Assembly: GCA_964658305.1 (NCBI GenBank)
Contig: OZ210884.1
Location: 7,378,001 to 7,442,000, forward strand
DNA: 64,000 nucleotides
From: Leptogorgia sarmentosa
Lineage: Eukaryota
Reading direction: 5' to 3'
Shown here one piece after another: positions 22,872 to 36,400 of the stretch (position 1 is the first letter of the stretch; every line of letters starts with the position of its first letter). Made by a program: the position numbers and the translations under genes. Below the pieces are notes generated by a model. It was given only the letters and a program-made list of their open reading frames with translations, was not told the DNA's origin and did not search any database.

Positions 22872-24890
22872 GGCCCGTTTTAGACGTCGAATTTCCGTCG
22901 CATCGAATGCAATTCAAACAATAGCTATTGTTAATGGCGTGACATGCCCCATTTATGGGTGTGTATTCCACGCCATTTTACACCATTTCACAACGTCTTA
23001 GACGCTCACGTCGTGTTCGCTAAATTTCTCTTACGCGAGTACTGAGTGGTGAGTTGCACCCATTCGCATTGTCTGCCTGCTCTTCCTCGAGTGTGAAGAC
23101 CTGTTTACATGAGGTGCATGGGCTGGCCCAACCAAAATATCGTAAACGTTTTGAAATGCAGGTTTTAAATGACTGCATTTTCGACATTTCGCGTTATTTT
23201 GCAACCAACCTTCAAAATTCTACTAAATGAAATAATGCCCGACGCTTTTCCAGCCGTGGTGATGAATTCTCCCAATTCAAAAGTTCGTCTAAAAGGCCAA
23301 AGGTGCATTTAAATACACAGGGTTGGTTACTGATCCTGACTACAATTGACTAACGAATTAATATAAAAAAAACATCGTATGTTGTTATTAGTCAAACAGC
23401 TTCTGCCAGATCTTTCTAGACGTTTTGAATTACGCATTAAAATTCCCATTACCCAAAAATGAATCCCTTGTCATTCTCGAATATTTCGACATTTTTATGT
23501 AAACATCAGAACAGAGTTTGTGTGTAATTATGATTAGCAATTCGTCAATCATACCGTGGGATACCAATAGAAAATCATTGTTAATCATCAGGGACGTAGA
23601 AACCGGGGAACCTCAACTTCCCAATTGTTCAGCTTGGGAGGCTAGCCCCCCCCCCAAAAAAAAATCCTGGATTTCTTGAATTAAAACTCTGAATTTCGGG
23701 CGATCTGGGCTGGAGACCCAAAATGTTCAAAATTTTCTTGCATGGCGCCTCGTGAGGTTCGGTCCTATCAATGTTGGCGGAAATGTTCCTTCGTCGACGC
23801 CCTTGCAATTGAGTACTCGAATATATTTTCAATAGCTTTATGGACATTCTTATTTATTTATTTATTTAGAAAATTCCCGTTGTGCCTGAAATTATCATGT
23901 CCACTCAATGACTAACTAAATATTATTTTTTACATTTATATCAACAGAATTATGTCGAAATTTTCGAATTTTTTAAATCACTTGGCTTCCATTGATAACA
24001 GCAAATTTAGGGCTTGATAATTCTTTATATCGTGCTTAACTTCATTCTGTAACTGGCTTCTAAATGAAACAATATCGATCTATACTGCATGATATTGTTC
24101 ATTATTGACCTCTCCCCTTTTAATTAAACCCATTTCACATTAAGAAATGCCATTAGCACAGCTGGAAAGATGAAAAGAGCATCCTAAATTTAGAAAAGCT
24201 GAGTATTTTGGGAAGTAACGTTGGAAATACAATCATTAATTAAAGTTTGCGAATTTTGTATACTTTCGTATTATATTACCCACGCCAAAGTGACCAACAG
24301 ATGTCGAATTTAAACCTTTTTACTAAATCAATGATGCTCTTTCTGGTTCAGTGTGGTGATGAATTTTCCTAATTCGAAAGTTCGTTTAACGTGGGAGAAA
24401 TCCCTTCATCGTGCAATATTCTAAATTTATGACTTACGCCTGTATTCTAAAAGCTCATTTCGACTCCAGCGATATGCACTTATGTTAGACAGACGTGAGT
24501 AAGAATGAAGTATGAGTGTGGGTGGCCACTCATTCCGAGTGCACTCATCATTCAAAGCATCTAATGTCATCTATCGTTTTTATTCAAAGAGCTCTGTCAC
24601 TGAGTGTGACTCCTTATAGAGTTAGAATCTCATGCTGAGTAATAACAGTCTATTGCACCCCCAAACCTTCAGTAAAAGTGTGCAATTTCTCCAAAAATCA
24701 AGTATTATGCAACATAGTAAACAACCATAACACCTTCAGGCAATGTTATTACAATTTATCGCATTATTGGTTTATAAACCGATTATATATTTGCAATTGG
24801 CTGCGAAATTTCACACAATTCTCCGTCATCTCATTATCCATTGTTTGAATTGCATTCGATGCGACCAAAATTCGACGTATGAAACGGGTC
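22872..24890. mobile_element. Harbinger-like non-autonomous element, about 2 kb, probably with nested insertions
   Basis: About 51-bp TIRs: GGCCCGTTTTAGACGTCGAATTTCCGTCGCATCGAATGCAATTCAAACAAT versus the reverse complement at 24840-24890, with about 5 mismatches. The left flank is TAA and no transposase ORF is present. A related fragment occurs near 50200-50298. Confidence 0.6.
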
Positions 24891-27800
24891 TCGTCAGAAA
24901 AAGTTGTATATCTTTGAGAATTGACTTCACTCGATTTTTGTGGTTTTTTCTGGTTTCATCTTTACCTATATAAGGCACTGCCAAAATCCTGTCTAAGTTC
25001 CCTGAAATAAAAAATAAATTTCCCGATGTTGTTTGTCGCGATGTTATCGAGACTATCCAGTAATTCTAACATTAATTTGACGGCTTTTAACACATCCGTA
25101 CTAGAAGAACCACGACTGCATAGGCAGTGGATAGCGCTGTTCCTCCTAGGTGGCGAGGTCGCGAATGAACAATATAGCGAGATCTCGCCTAGAAATGCCG
25201 GTCCTTGTCTCATATAAACCTAAACAATTTTCAATGAGGATTTTAGTCTATAAACCATTTATCATCCTTTCGAATTGACGATCAGTCAGAATATAAAAGT
25301 CAGAATATTTATAATGAGAAGGATTCTGAGATATGTGAAGTCGGTCGCCAGATAAAGAAAATGTCAGTTCAAAAAACTTGATCTCACGGAGGCCATCTTA
25401 ATTGCCTATTGCTATGACCTCAATATATTAGTGAAGGAAAATTTACTGATCATGAAAAGAAAAAAAAGACATTCTTTCAGTTGAATATCACATGGTGACC
25501 ATATTCCTAACCACAGTTAACATTCCATATAATTCCGCCCCTGTGGTTTTCCGCGGCAATGCTTACTTAGTCAGACTGGTTAGCCGCAACAACCAGAATT
25601 TCAAATTTTCGTAATGCTTTCTAAATCTGGAAGGGCTTAGTGGCTGATTAAAAAATATCAAACAAGTTTATGAACTATGAATTCGACATTTTTGCTGAAG
25701 TTCGATAAAATTGATCGGCTGAACAAGTACGCTTTAGATAGGAGTAACGGGGGCATATACATGGGACGACAATTTATATACGACAAACAATTAACACAAA
25801 GAAGACAAGGAACTACTATGAAAGGAGCGTTTCAATTTCAAACCTACACCTCGCACCCCCGTAGCTACGTGCCCTCTAAAATTCGACTGTAAAACAGATA
25901 AAATCTAACTTGGTTTCGGAATATCATAAATAACTGGAAAGTTCTGTTCGCGCAGTAACCACACAAACAATGGGAGGGAATCGTAATTGAAAGACTAAAG
26001 TAAACCTTCATCGATATTGACCAATACAGTATAACAATTGAAATTAAATTTCAAAAAGCTTAATTATCTATTTTTTTCTAAATCATATTAATTTTCGATC
26101 AACCGCGTGTGAACGAATGAAAGTGTAATGCACGTTCGCTAGTTGTGCATGACACACGCACAATGCGTGCATGCGTCTACGTTGATAAGCACTGGCAACA
26201 TGCTATTGAATTCCAACAAACTGATATCAAATCAAAACGCTAAAGAAGTCCTTCTGTTCAATTATTAGATCGCTTGTGAAACACGTCACAGTGAATCGCA
26301 TAAGTCATGAGATATTTTCTTACAACTTCGACAAATTATCAGTGGCATCAACAAACGTTTGAGTGTTAATTTGAGTTAATTTGAGTTAATTTAATACGAG
26401 TTAATTTGTTACAACTTCGGAACATCATCGGTAGTATTGCAAACGTTGAATGTTCGTGTTTAATTCTAGAAGCTCGTGACGTCGGAAATTTTACGCCTAC
26501 ATAGCGCTGTGTAGCTAAAGCAACGTTTGTGAAAACACTTGACCTGGTGACCCATATAAAATAATCGTTTTCGTCACTAGACCGGAAGGGCGGGAATGTA
26601 GATGACAAAGTTTAATTGAAAGAAGCCACTAGAACAATTTGAACTATTGATTCTATGAAAGTGATACGATATTCTGACGATTATAATTTAAGAGACCATA
26701 CACCCCCCCCCGGCCCCCGCCCCTGGATGTTATGTGCGGTAAGTGTATATAAGTGACACGTCTCATACTGCCATTCAGAAGGGAAGTTCACTGCAATTGA
26801 TGTGCTGAAGCGCGTGTATATACAACTTCGAATCTCAATTGAAAGGTACGTGTATTTTTAATGATATTTCTCATTAAACAAAAAAGGTTTCTGAGATTCT
26901 TATAACTAAAGTTATCTCAATAAGACTTTAAAGGTAACGTTATTACCATTATATATTTATATCCCATAACCATACGTCTTTTTAGCAAAACACCTTGTGT
27001 ATTTCATAGCTTCAATGCTCTTTTAATTCTTTGCCCGTTGAGGGCTGGCAGCCGAGAGACCATAAATAAATTATTTTTAGTCAGAAAACGTAACTGAAAT
27101 TTTTCATTATGTCTAATCCTTGCTACACGTCAGAGATTCTTCGTTTTAAAGATAGGTAGGTCAGGTGGTCTTAGATCATGTGTATAATACCTGTTATTCT
27201 GTTTCCAGATCACTTGATCATGACAAAACTCAAAGTATTCAAAATTTGTAACTAAAACAATTAGTCGCCCCAGGCTCCCCTGGCTCGGTAACTAAATGCA
27301 TAGCTTCGTTTCTTCACTCAGTCTCAGTGGATATGAGTTTGTACGAATATACATATAGTTATACATGACTTATTTGAATTTCAAGGACTACCTCAGTTTT
27401 TTATACACCCCGTAGTAGCACGTGAATATGATCCAGTGATAAAATAAATTGTATTGTCTACCAAATGGCTCACTTGCTGTTATGCCATGATTTTAAGTTT
27501 GGTATGAATCTTTAAGAGTCATAAAATCTTACAACGAGTGTCAACGAGAATTTCCTTCAGTGAAACATAGGCCAACAGAGACGGAGAAACATAACGGAGA
27601 AATATTTACAACATAAATTGCGAAATCAGATTGCCCTTTGAACTACGTATAAAGGGGAAACAGACACCACTCTTTCAAGGGAATTAGAATGCATTAAAAA
27701 TGTAAGACAACATAAACGACAACCTACTGCTTGTTGATGTGGTTATACGCTGCTACACTGCACACGTTTTAGATATACATCATGATGTAATTTTTTCTCC

Positions 27801-29508
27801 GATTCGTCAGCTGCATGGGATCTTCGTCAGTGCTGATCCTATCTCTATGGTTACCATTGATCAAAGATCGCAGCTTAGGACTATTATTATCTTGCATGTC
27901 GTTGGTGTTTACATAATATAGAAGGCATGTGATACGGCGCCACGGAGGCGTTGCTATTTCGATGTGAATCAAGTTAATATCGATCCCGTAAAGCTTGGCC
28001 TATATTTCAAGCCGTGTGAACTGTGACGAGGAGTTTTGCCGGTAACAGCTTCTATCAACGTTGTTCTCAAGGTCACCGCTCTCTTTTACTAATTTGAAAC
28101 CGTGTTAAGCTCATGAAAGAGTATACAGGATAATATAATTTCAATCATTCATTTTTGAAACAATTTGTCTATCCGCCACCCTAACGTTGCGGCCTCAGAT
28201 TCGTGAACACGCTGTTATTAGCACTAATGAAGATCGGTCCACGGATCGAAAGCATTGCTATAGAAAGAAAGAATAGAAAGAAATTTTCTATAGAAAGTTC
28301 AATGTGTGGGTTGCCATAGTTGGACATAACAGCATGAACAAAAAGCGAGAGGGAGTGGGTCACCTGGATTTCATTGCGAAATAATCATTATAAATAATGT
28401 CGTTTTTGTACGCATTTTGTCGCCAATTGAATTTTCGAGCTTTCACAAACAATCCGCAGCCAATTATCTGCACCCTGATCATCAGTTGCAGCAAACATCA
28501 ACCGGGAGGACTTTTTCTCATTTTGACGTCAAACCACAAACCACAAAGTGCACAAACATCTAACTGTGGTTTCACGTTTGAGGTGTTGGTACGTGCTGGT
28601 ATTCCGCCTTCTTTAATGTTTTCATGTGGGAGACCAAACTAATAATATCTCACCCTGTACTAGGTGAGATTTCCGATAAGTGGGATATAGAATTTCCCAT
28701 ATGCGCACTTCTTCTCACCTGCCCGGAATATTTAGTTTTGGCGATTTTCACGGCAAAATTTAAAAATTAGAACAATAACTAAATATACATTAAAAGGCAT
28801 ACATGCAGAAACTATTTAAGCCAGTCATATACGATTTCAACAAACATTGTTGTCATATACGATTTCAACAAAGTTTGTGGGACTGAGACGGAATTTTAGG
28901 TGCGGTAAAAATTAACAGTCATGATGAGCACCGGAATAATTCATCCCACTCACGTGAGCTTCCCAGCAATAAAGCGGCCTCATATGGACAGAGGCCATAA
29001 AAAAATTATTAGAAAATTGGAATGGGAGCACACGGCGAACGAAAAAATCGATCAAAGTGTAAATCAGATTGGCAGGATAATCATGTCGACCGTGACACAC
29101 AGAAATAATTGAGAAAAGGAACATACGCTAGCTATGTTGCTGAAAATCAGAATCATGATATACAGCTGGTCAAAGATAAACCCGATGCGCTATGTTGATA
29201 TCGACACCATAACAGCTTTATTAATAACGCTTGATTTCATATCACCCTACAATATTTCACATTGCACACCTTTATATAGACTACATATAGCTTCCTTTGA
29301 AATCGTATGATCTTTCATATTTGTACAAGAAATGTCGCAGAATTTGCTGTCTGCCTTCAACGAGTTCAAAGTCCTAGTTTGAATTATATAGATGAAAATG
29401 CAACGGAATACATCAAATTTCAATTTCAATCACTTAATTATTTCTACCTAGAGTAATATAACAAACTCCCTGGAACATTTTTTTATCTAGTTAGACGTTT
29501 ATTTGGCG

Positions 29509-32500
29509 ATGGCAATTCATCTTAAAAATATAAAAGAATGTGCAACAGCCACCGTTTTATTCCTGTGTTTATTGGTCAGTGGAACCGCAGGAAATGATTG
29601 TTCAAAAGGTAAAGTATATTAAGTTAATTTGGTTCTCCACAAACTGGCCTGCATTTCCCATGCATTCGGTTCTCCAAAAGCAATGCAAACCCGAACGCGT
29701 AAGGAATTTTAGTAGGGTCGGATTACCACAAGGAACGGATGGGACTACAGCTCCACCCCCCCCCCCCCCCCCCCCCAACGTAAAATAGGCCCCTAATTGC
29801 CGGCAATAATAAAAAAAAAATCCTGCAGCAAAATCAAGGTTTATCAAACTTAAATATTGGACAAAACACTGCTGTTCCTGTTAATTTGCCAACTCTGGGC
29901 GCAAAATTTGCTAATCCGGCCCCGAATTTTATCACACAACATAATAATGAGAAAATGTGCAAACTTTGTAATTCCGCAAATTACAACATATTCAACCAAA
30001 CTTTGGAATTTTTACTATTTTTGAAACGATCTTTTTCGGAATTCTATACTGCAGAACAGTAGCCACCGGGGGCATTAATTGTGCCAATAATTTGTGAAAG
30101 TGAAACCACTTCAATATATTCATGTTTATGTATAAAAGCAATGAAAAAAACAAGCAATTTCGTCATGTATGATGCAAAAGTGCGGGAAACCGATTTTGAT
30201 GTCAGAAACAAGAATTTTTGGAAAGTATGCTGCATGCGAACAAAAACTGGGCTCAAATGATCAGTCTACAGCCTTGCAGGGACTCCCTCCCGCTAATACC
30301 GAGATTTTTGCATTAAACAGTTTATAAATAGTTTCGCTCTTCATTAAACAGGTGTGTCCTGGAAAGATAAAACATTCTATCGTCGCCTCCGTATTAAAGG
30401 TGAATGGATTACTTTTAATTGTGAGATCGAAACATCTGAAAATGCGACTTTATGGTTTGGAAAAACGGAAAATGAAATGAAATATAAAGTTGATGACAAA
30501 AAAATGAAGTTGGTTTCTAAGAATGTTTTCAACATATCCAACTTGACAACGGACGATGGGGGATGGTACACGTGTAAAGTTTGTGGTAAGAGACGCGCGA
30601 AGTTCCTTGAAGTTTCAGGACAAGGTAATTTTGTTATATATACATGAGTAAAAATAAGCATTTCCTGACACAAATATAGCATATGGAAAATTATTCTTCA
30701 TACATTTATTCTACATACGACTAAAGAAATCATTCTTTTTCTTAAACGTGCATAATTTATTCCACCTCTAGAAATTTTCAAATTCCAAAATTTGTTACTA
30801 TTTTATCTTCGTCTTTTTGTCAGTCACATTAAAACTCTGCTCTATGAATTTCCTTGTTTTGAATGACGAATATCTTGATAACAGGAAATTAAAAGATATG
30901 GGGAAACTCATATTAGATTGCATATTTTCAAATTATTTTCCGATTTGTTTCGAGGCAATGCCCCGTTTATTCTAGGATTTATCAATTTTGCATGCCTAAC
31001 TAAAATATATAGCTAAACATGATGGTTTAGATAAACTTGCCACGATAAAATAATTTTGTTATAGGAAAAGCGTATCCCAAACCAATAGTGGAAAAGAAAC
31101 CAAATAAAGGAAAATATGAAATCGGAGGCAGTGTGACATTATCATGCCAAGTTGAAGGAACTACTATTCCACTGTATGATATCAAGTGGCATAAACAACT
31201 TCCTAATGGGACGTTCAAACTTCTCAAATCAGAAGAAAGTGTCGTAAAATACAGTTGGCCACTGAATGAGTTGTCGGGAGGGGATGAAGGAATCTACAAA
31301 TGTACAATACATCGCGACGCACTTCGATATAGTGCCAGTGCGTTGGTAAATATAAACGTTAAAGGTACTGTCAACTTTATGATACGCTTTATTAAAATGA
31401 TATCAGAGTATTTGCGGTATTTTTTTCCGAAAAATAATGATTTGAATATCCTGTGGCTGAGCTCCAATCTTGAACGCTGGGACACCAGGTGTTGATAGAT
31501 CATGCTATAAATTGCGTAACATTTTTATAATTTTCCCATTTTTTTTATCATAGAACCGATAAAACCTGAGATTCATATGGATAACAAAGATAATTTTCAA
31601 GTGGTGCAGGGAAATGATTTTTCATTACCATACAATGTGACATCTTACCCAGCCTGTGATATTCAATGGTGGAGATCTAAAGATGGAGAAAAGTATGAGT
31701 TGGTCACTGAGTGTTCGCCCAAGTCAGAAAAATATGAAAAGCATTCGGGAAAAGAGAATATTTCCAAAGCAAGTTTGGAAATCAAGGATCTGAAATTTCC
31801 TCACGATGAATATTTCTACAAAATAAATGCATCCAACAAACATGGGAATGACTCGAAAACCTTTGAACTCAAAGTTTACGGTAAGTTTAGTTTTTGTTAT
31901 ATTTAGCAGCCTTAGTAACTCTGGCCACTAAACTTAAGCATTGCAGGCACCACTCATTTGTTAAGTCATTTGATATCTAGCTAATGTCGGTTGCTCAAAA
32001 AGTCTGCATCATTTTTGTATGAAAATGAAGACGGCAATTAATTTATGTTTTTTAACATAAGTAACATATGCAGTACTACTGGACAAAACCATCAAAAAAG
32101 TCATTAGTGCATGGGACCTTTGTTCGGAATGGTAAAGAAACTAAAGATGCATATTGACTATTGTTTTTTGCGTAGGTATTTTGGAAATAATAGTGTCGCA
32201 CGCAATGTGAACGAACATGACTGTATATATGATCATAATTATGTTAAACTTTGCAGTAAAAATTATAAGTATTTGTAGGCTTCTCCATAGCCAATTTCTG
32301 TCCTACACAGAAAGATGCACGTATTCATAATACTGAAGATGAATATTCTCTGAATTCTGATGAAAGGCCTCTGCTTGAGATGTTGAATTCTGTTTTATCG
32401 TTTGGGAAGTCCACCTGGACAGGCGTCTTTGATTGAAAGCGAGTTGTGGCTTGAGGCGCAGGCGTGAATTTAAGGGTTGCGTACGTCGAGCAGTTTATTC

Positions 32501-33046
32501 CGCAAGTGCTGAAAGAGCTGAAGCGTTCCTAAATTTTCTCCAGCACCAGTAGCAGGTTCCTATTGAGGAGGTTTCTAGTTATTGCAAATATGCATTTTCA
32601 ACATTTTGACATAAAGTTAATCATCTTTTTTTACAGTGAAACCTGTGATATCCATGGATCGCGTCCATGTTTTCAAGCAAGGAATGGTAATCAACTGCAC
32701 ATTGGCTAAACCTTATCCTAATCCTCGACAAGTAAATTATACTTGGTATAAATGTGCCACTTCCAAATGTAACAACAAAAATTTGACAAGCGAATCATAT
32801 TCCTTACACCTTAATAATAGCCCATCAAAGACTCGGATGAATTATCAATGTGAGGCCAAGAACGATGCTGGCAGTGCCTATCAAAATATTCTGGTGGTGA
32901 TTGTTCAAGATACTGTACATGTAACCAAAACTGCATGCGGAAAAAAGATGACTGAAAAACAAACTAAAAATCAACCTCGTACCCAGGCTCTTTCCTCTTC
33001 CTCTGCGGGGAGCGAGGATCAAGACCCTGGGAACGAGGTTAACTAA
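29509..33046 (+). CDS. Truncated RTK paralog, copy 3: signal peptide plus 4 Ig-like domains, no TM or kinase (predicted secreted, about 469 aa)
   Basis: join(29509-29608 MAIHLKNIKECATATVLFLCLLVSGTAGNDCSK, homologous to the copy 2 signal exon; 30352-30624; 31065-31364; 31554-31880; 32637-33046). The Ig4 exon has no phase-1 donor at the paralogous position and reads to TAA at 33044-33046. No TM or kinase exon is seen downstream in the window. Confidence 0.75.
32972..33041. mobile_element. 70-bp palindromic MITE with a 9-bp TSD
   Basis: CAACCTCGTACCCAGG ... CCTGGGAACGAGGTTA flanked by ACTAAAAAT at 32963-32971 and 33042-33050. Confidence 0.8.
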
Positions 33047-33071
33047 AAATGTCATTTGAGAAGACAAATAA

Positions 33072-33504
33072 GGCCCTGCATGTCCACACGTTTGCGGATA
33101 ATTTTGAAAACGGAGGTTTCACGAATAGCGTATTCAAATCGTTTACGCTCGTCCCCACGTAAACCCAAAAACGGAGGAAATATGATAGCGGCCAGCATAG
33201 AGCATGCGTATTGCCTAGTAATATGAGATTTTCTAAACGATGCCATAGACTTTAACCAATCACAGCGCCATCGTTTTTGAAAACCTCCGTTTTCGCCTGT
33301 CCACATGTAAACACGAAATCGGCGTTTTGGAAAACCACCACTCTGGAGAGCGTTTTTGAAAACCTCCACTCTACAGAGCGTTTCTGAAAACCTCCGTTTT
33401 CCGTTGCCGAAAACGCCATTTACGTGTGGACGCAACGCCCAAACGGAGATAAAATTAAACCTCCGTTTTCAAAAATATCCGCATACCTGTGGACGGGGCG
33501 GGCC
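33072..33504. mobile_element. PIF/Harbinger-type MITE
   Basis: TAA|GGCCC..GTCCACACG...GAAAACGGAGGTTT and AAACCTCCGTTTTC...GTGGACGGGGCGGGCC|TAA, with internal GAAAACCTCC repeats. Confidence 0.8.
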
Positions 33505-34091
33505 TAAGTTGCGAATTACACGAAACGTGACCTCGAGCTATAAATAATGCGTGTTGACGCCTATATAGATAAGACGTGTAATTAAACGCGCCTGGGCAGG
33601 GTTGTACGTATAAATTGTTAAATTCGCAGCGTTTGTGTAATTTGTGTTTTATGTTTTTCAGGACTTATTAATTTCGTTTCGTATCAATAGCCCCATTTGT
33701 AACCAGGGGTGTATTGAGCGAGGGTGGGAAGAGAGGGGGTGGCTTGGTCTGATATTTTCCCATACAGACCACTGATATAATTATACAAAGACTTGATCAC
33801 ACGTCCTTTTGTATTCAGTGACTCAATTTTGAGGCTAAAAAAACGGTTAACATATTTGCAAACAATTCTGTTAATTCGTTTGTTGATGGAATTACAGACA
33901 GTCACCTACTTCGCTATTGACCTAATTCTTCAATTTTACTCGATACATTTAATTTAAACTATGAATGGTTATTGCCAAAATAACGCCTCTTCTTGTAAGC
34001 CATAATATATATAGAAAACTTTAAATCCCTTGCAGTTAAAGATTATATAGGAGAGATAAAGAGAAAATAAAGATTAAGAAAGAAAAACTGA

Positions 34092-35579
34092 CTAACATTC
34101 TCGTTTTTTTGCAAGCATTTTAAAATCTTTTGGACGCTTGATTAACGCAGCTTCAGTGACTTCTGTAGAAGGAACTTCATCTCCCTCTGGCAACTCAAGT
34201 TTGTAGCGATGCAATATTATTGAGGCAAAGCTAAACATCATGATTTTCGCCAATGACTGACCAGGGCAGTCTCTCTGACCGATGGAAAAGGGAAGAAAAC
34301 CATTAACCTTGTTCCAACCAACAAATTTTCCATCCGAGTCGAGAAATCTTTCAGGTTTAAATTTCTCTGGTTCTGGCCATTCTCGTTCGTCGTGATGAAG
34401 TTTATCTAGTTGGAGAGCAACAAATGTTCCTTTGGGAATGTGGTAGCCAGCAATTGTCATGTCTCGAATCGCGTTTGTTCCGACCATTACAATCATACCA
34501 GATGCCCTCTGAACTTCGCATAACGTAGCCTGTAAATAAGGCAAATCGTTGACGTCTTTCCAATTCGGCAATCGTTCGTTTCCGACAACAGAATCAAGCT
34601 CATTGTGAATTTTCTCTTGTACATCGGGATATGATATCATGTAAAGGAATAACCACGCCAGTGACGTAGAAGTTGTATCCGCTCCTCCATAAACTACGTT
34701 GGACATTAAACCAGCAATATCGTCCATTGATCCAATGTTTTTGTTTGTTTCTTTGGCAATTTCTTTTTCGTAGCAGTTGATAAAGCTGTCAGTGAGATTG
34801 CGAATGACACCTGAAATATATGTGTTTTTATGGCTATGAATCTCGCCTGCAAATACCGTGTTCCTGATCTGTATCGCTCGATTTATATCACGGTTTCCTT
34901 GTGTTGGTAAATACTTGAAAAATGGAAAGACCTGGTGAACAGCAGAAAGCAAAGCTTGCTTGCCGAGTGTTTCGTTAAATACAGAAAGACATTTGATTGT
35001 TGGGTCATTCAATTGAATATTTTTTGATGTCAGCCATTGCCACAGTTGCACAAGTATTGAAGACTCTAAAAGCGCTCTTGGTGAGAATGGCTTTCCTTCC
35101 GTTTGCTCAATCTCTTCAATTGCAATGTCAACTGCATGTCCAGCAAGTTCTGATGCTTGTTCGATACCAGCGCCAAAGACATGCATTGCTGATTTAAATA
35201 CACGGCGACGAAATTTAAACTCAGGTGAATAATCTGCAGCGATTAAATCGTTGCCAAGAATTTCATTAAAAGGATATATGGACTGAGGAGATTTCCCAGA
35301 AAGACTGTCTCGCTTACCAAGTCTTGCTTCTCTTCCAAGCCGAGCACAATTTAAAACAACAATTTTCTCGCCACTGGGAAAGAAAAGTGAGAAAATGTCC
35401 CCATATTTATCTGCCAGTTTTGTATAAGGATTGATCGGATCATTGAGTAATTGAGGAATGTTCCCAATCAAAGGATAAGGAAATGGTCCTGGAGGCATAC
35501 CTCTTCTCATCATAATGGTGGTGATGAAATAATGAACGAAGTATACAAGAACCAAGGAAAGCAGAATTTCAATAATCAT
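34092..35579 (-). CDS. Cytochrome P450, clan 2 (CYP17A1/CYP1/CYP2-like), single coding exon, 495 aa
   Basis: N-terminal anchor followed by PPGPFPYPLIGN, I-helix GGADTT, K-helix EVQR, PERF and the heme motif FSIGQRDCPG. An acceptor-like site just upstream of the ATG suggests a 5' UTR intron. Confidence 0.95.
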   Translation of the reverse strand: MIIEILLSLVLVYFVHYFITTIMMRRGMPPGPFPYPLIGNIPQLLNDPINPYTKLADKYGDIFSLFFPSGEKIVVLNCARLGREARLGKRDSLSGKSPQSIYPFNEILGNDLIAADYSPEFKFRRRVFKSAMHVFGAGIEQASELAGHAVDIAIEEIEQTEGKPFSPRALLESSILVQLWQWLTSKNIQLNDPTIKCLSVFNETLGKQALLSAVHQVFPFFKYLPTQGNRDINRAIQIRNTVFAGEIHSHKNTYISGVIRNLTDSFINCYEKEIAKETNKNIGSMDDIAGLMSNVVYGGADTTSTSLAWLFLYMISYPDVQEKIHNELDSVVGNERLPNWKDVNDLPYLQATLCEVQRASGMIVMVGTNAIRDMTIAGYHIPKGTFVALQLDKLHHDEREWPEPEKFKPERFLDSDGKFVGWNKVNGFLPFSIGQRDCPGQSLAKIMMFSFASIILHRYKLELPEGDEVPSTEVTEAALIKRPKDFKMLAKKREC

Positions 35580-36400
35580 GGTTGTAAATCTGCTATAAAT
35601 AAATAAAAATATTGTTAATTAAAGAGAGACTTTTTACTTCGAGCACTGCACAAATTTATAATCACTGCACACTCAGGGATGATACACCAAGCGTGGCTGT
35701 GAAATAAAGAGAACGTATTGTGAGAATTCGGAGCTTAAGCTTGATGAGATGGGAATAGCCCTGAGAAAGCCCCGCTAGATTTTGTTATTCAACATCTTGT
35801 GTGCGTAATCCCTCTTGTGGTTTATCAGACCAAACGTAAAGTATGTCTCTTAAATTAATAAATTTAAATAAAACTGAATGTTCAAATATATCCTTTTATT
35901 TTAGCCCGAAATGGTCATTTGAATTAAATAGAATCGACTATGTGCATAACGATCAATTAACTAAATCCTAAGAAATATATATCATGCGCCACAACAGTTT
36001 GGAATTACCATAAAAGCCTGTTAAGTGCTATACTTCTTGTTAGGTCAAATATTGAAGAGTTGGCAGTCACGAATCGCCACAGGGGCAATTGGGCTTTACA
36101 TATAGAAAATAAACAATTGTTGGGCATGTTTCCAACACCCTGCCTTGTTCATGCAGTATCTGTACATTACGTCGACAGGATGGAGCGTGCATATCATGTA
36201 CTACGTAATTATAACGCAATATAGCTCATGATGAGAAATTTCGTAGTTTGAAACTCAATCTCGAGCAGTTGGTATAAACATAGGTAGCCAAAATATACAC
36301 TGATTTTTATGATATTTAACTTAAAAATCATTAAAAATAATGAAAATGTATATTTGAATGTCGTAGTCTGTCTTTCCTGGCGTTGCTTATTGCGCCTGGC

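Noticed and set aside
27739..28080. GC-richer stretch as a possible retroelement or gene fragment
   Set aside because: Only short ORFs are present and I could not recognise RT, endonuclease or other motifs.
33052..33547. 127-aa and 63-aa ORFs after RTK copy 3 as possible TM or kinase exons
   Set aside because: They lie inside a Harbinger MITE and have no similarity to the TM or kinase exons of copies 1 and 2.
34092..35579. Intronless P450 as a horizontally transferred gene or processed pseudogene
   Set aside because: It has a eukaryotic microsomal anchor and PPGP hinge, an intact ORF with all motifs, and a probable 5' UTR intron. Nothing points to bacterial origin or decay.
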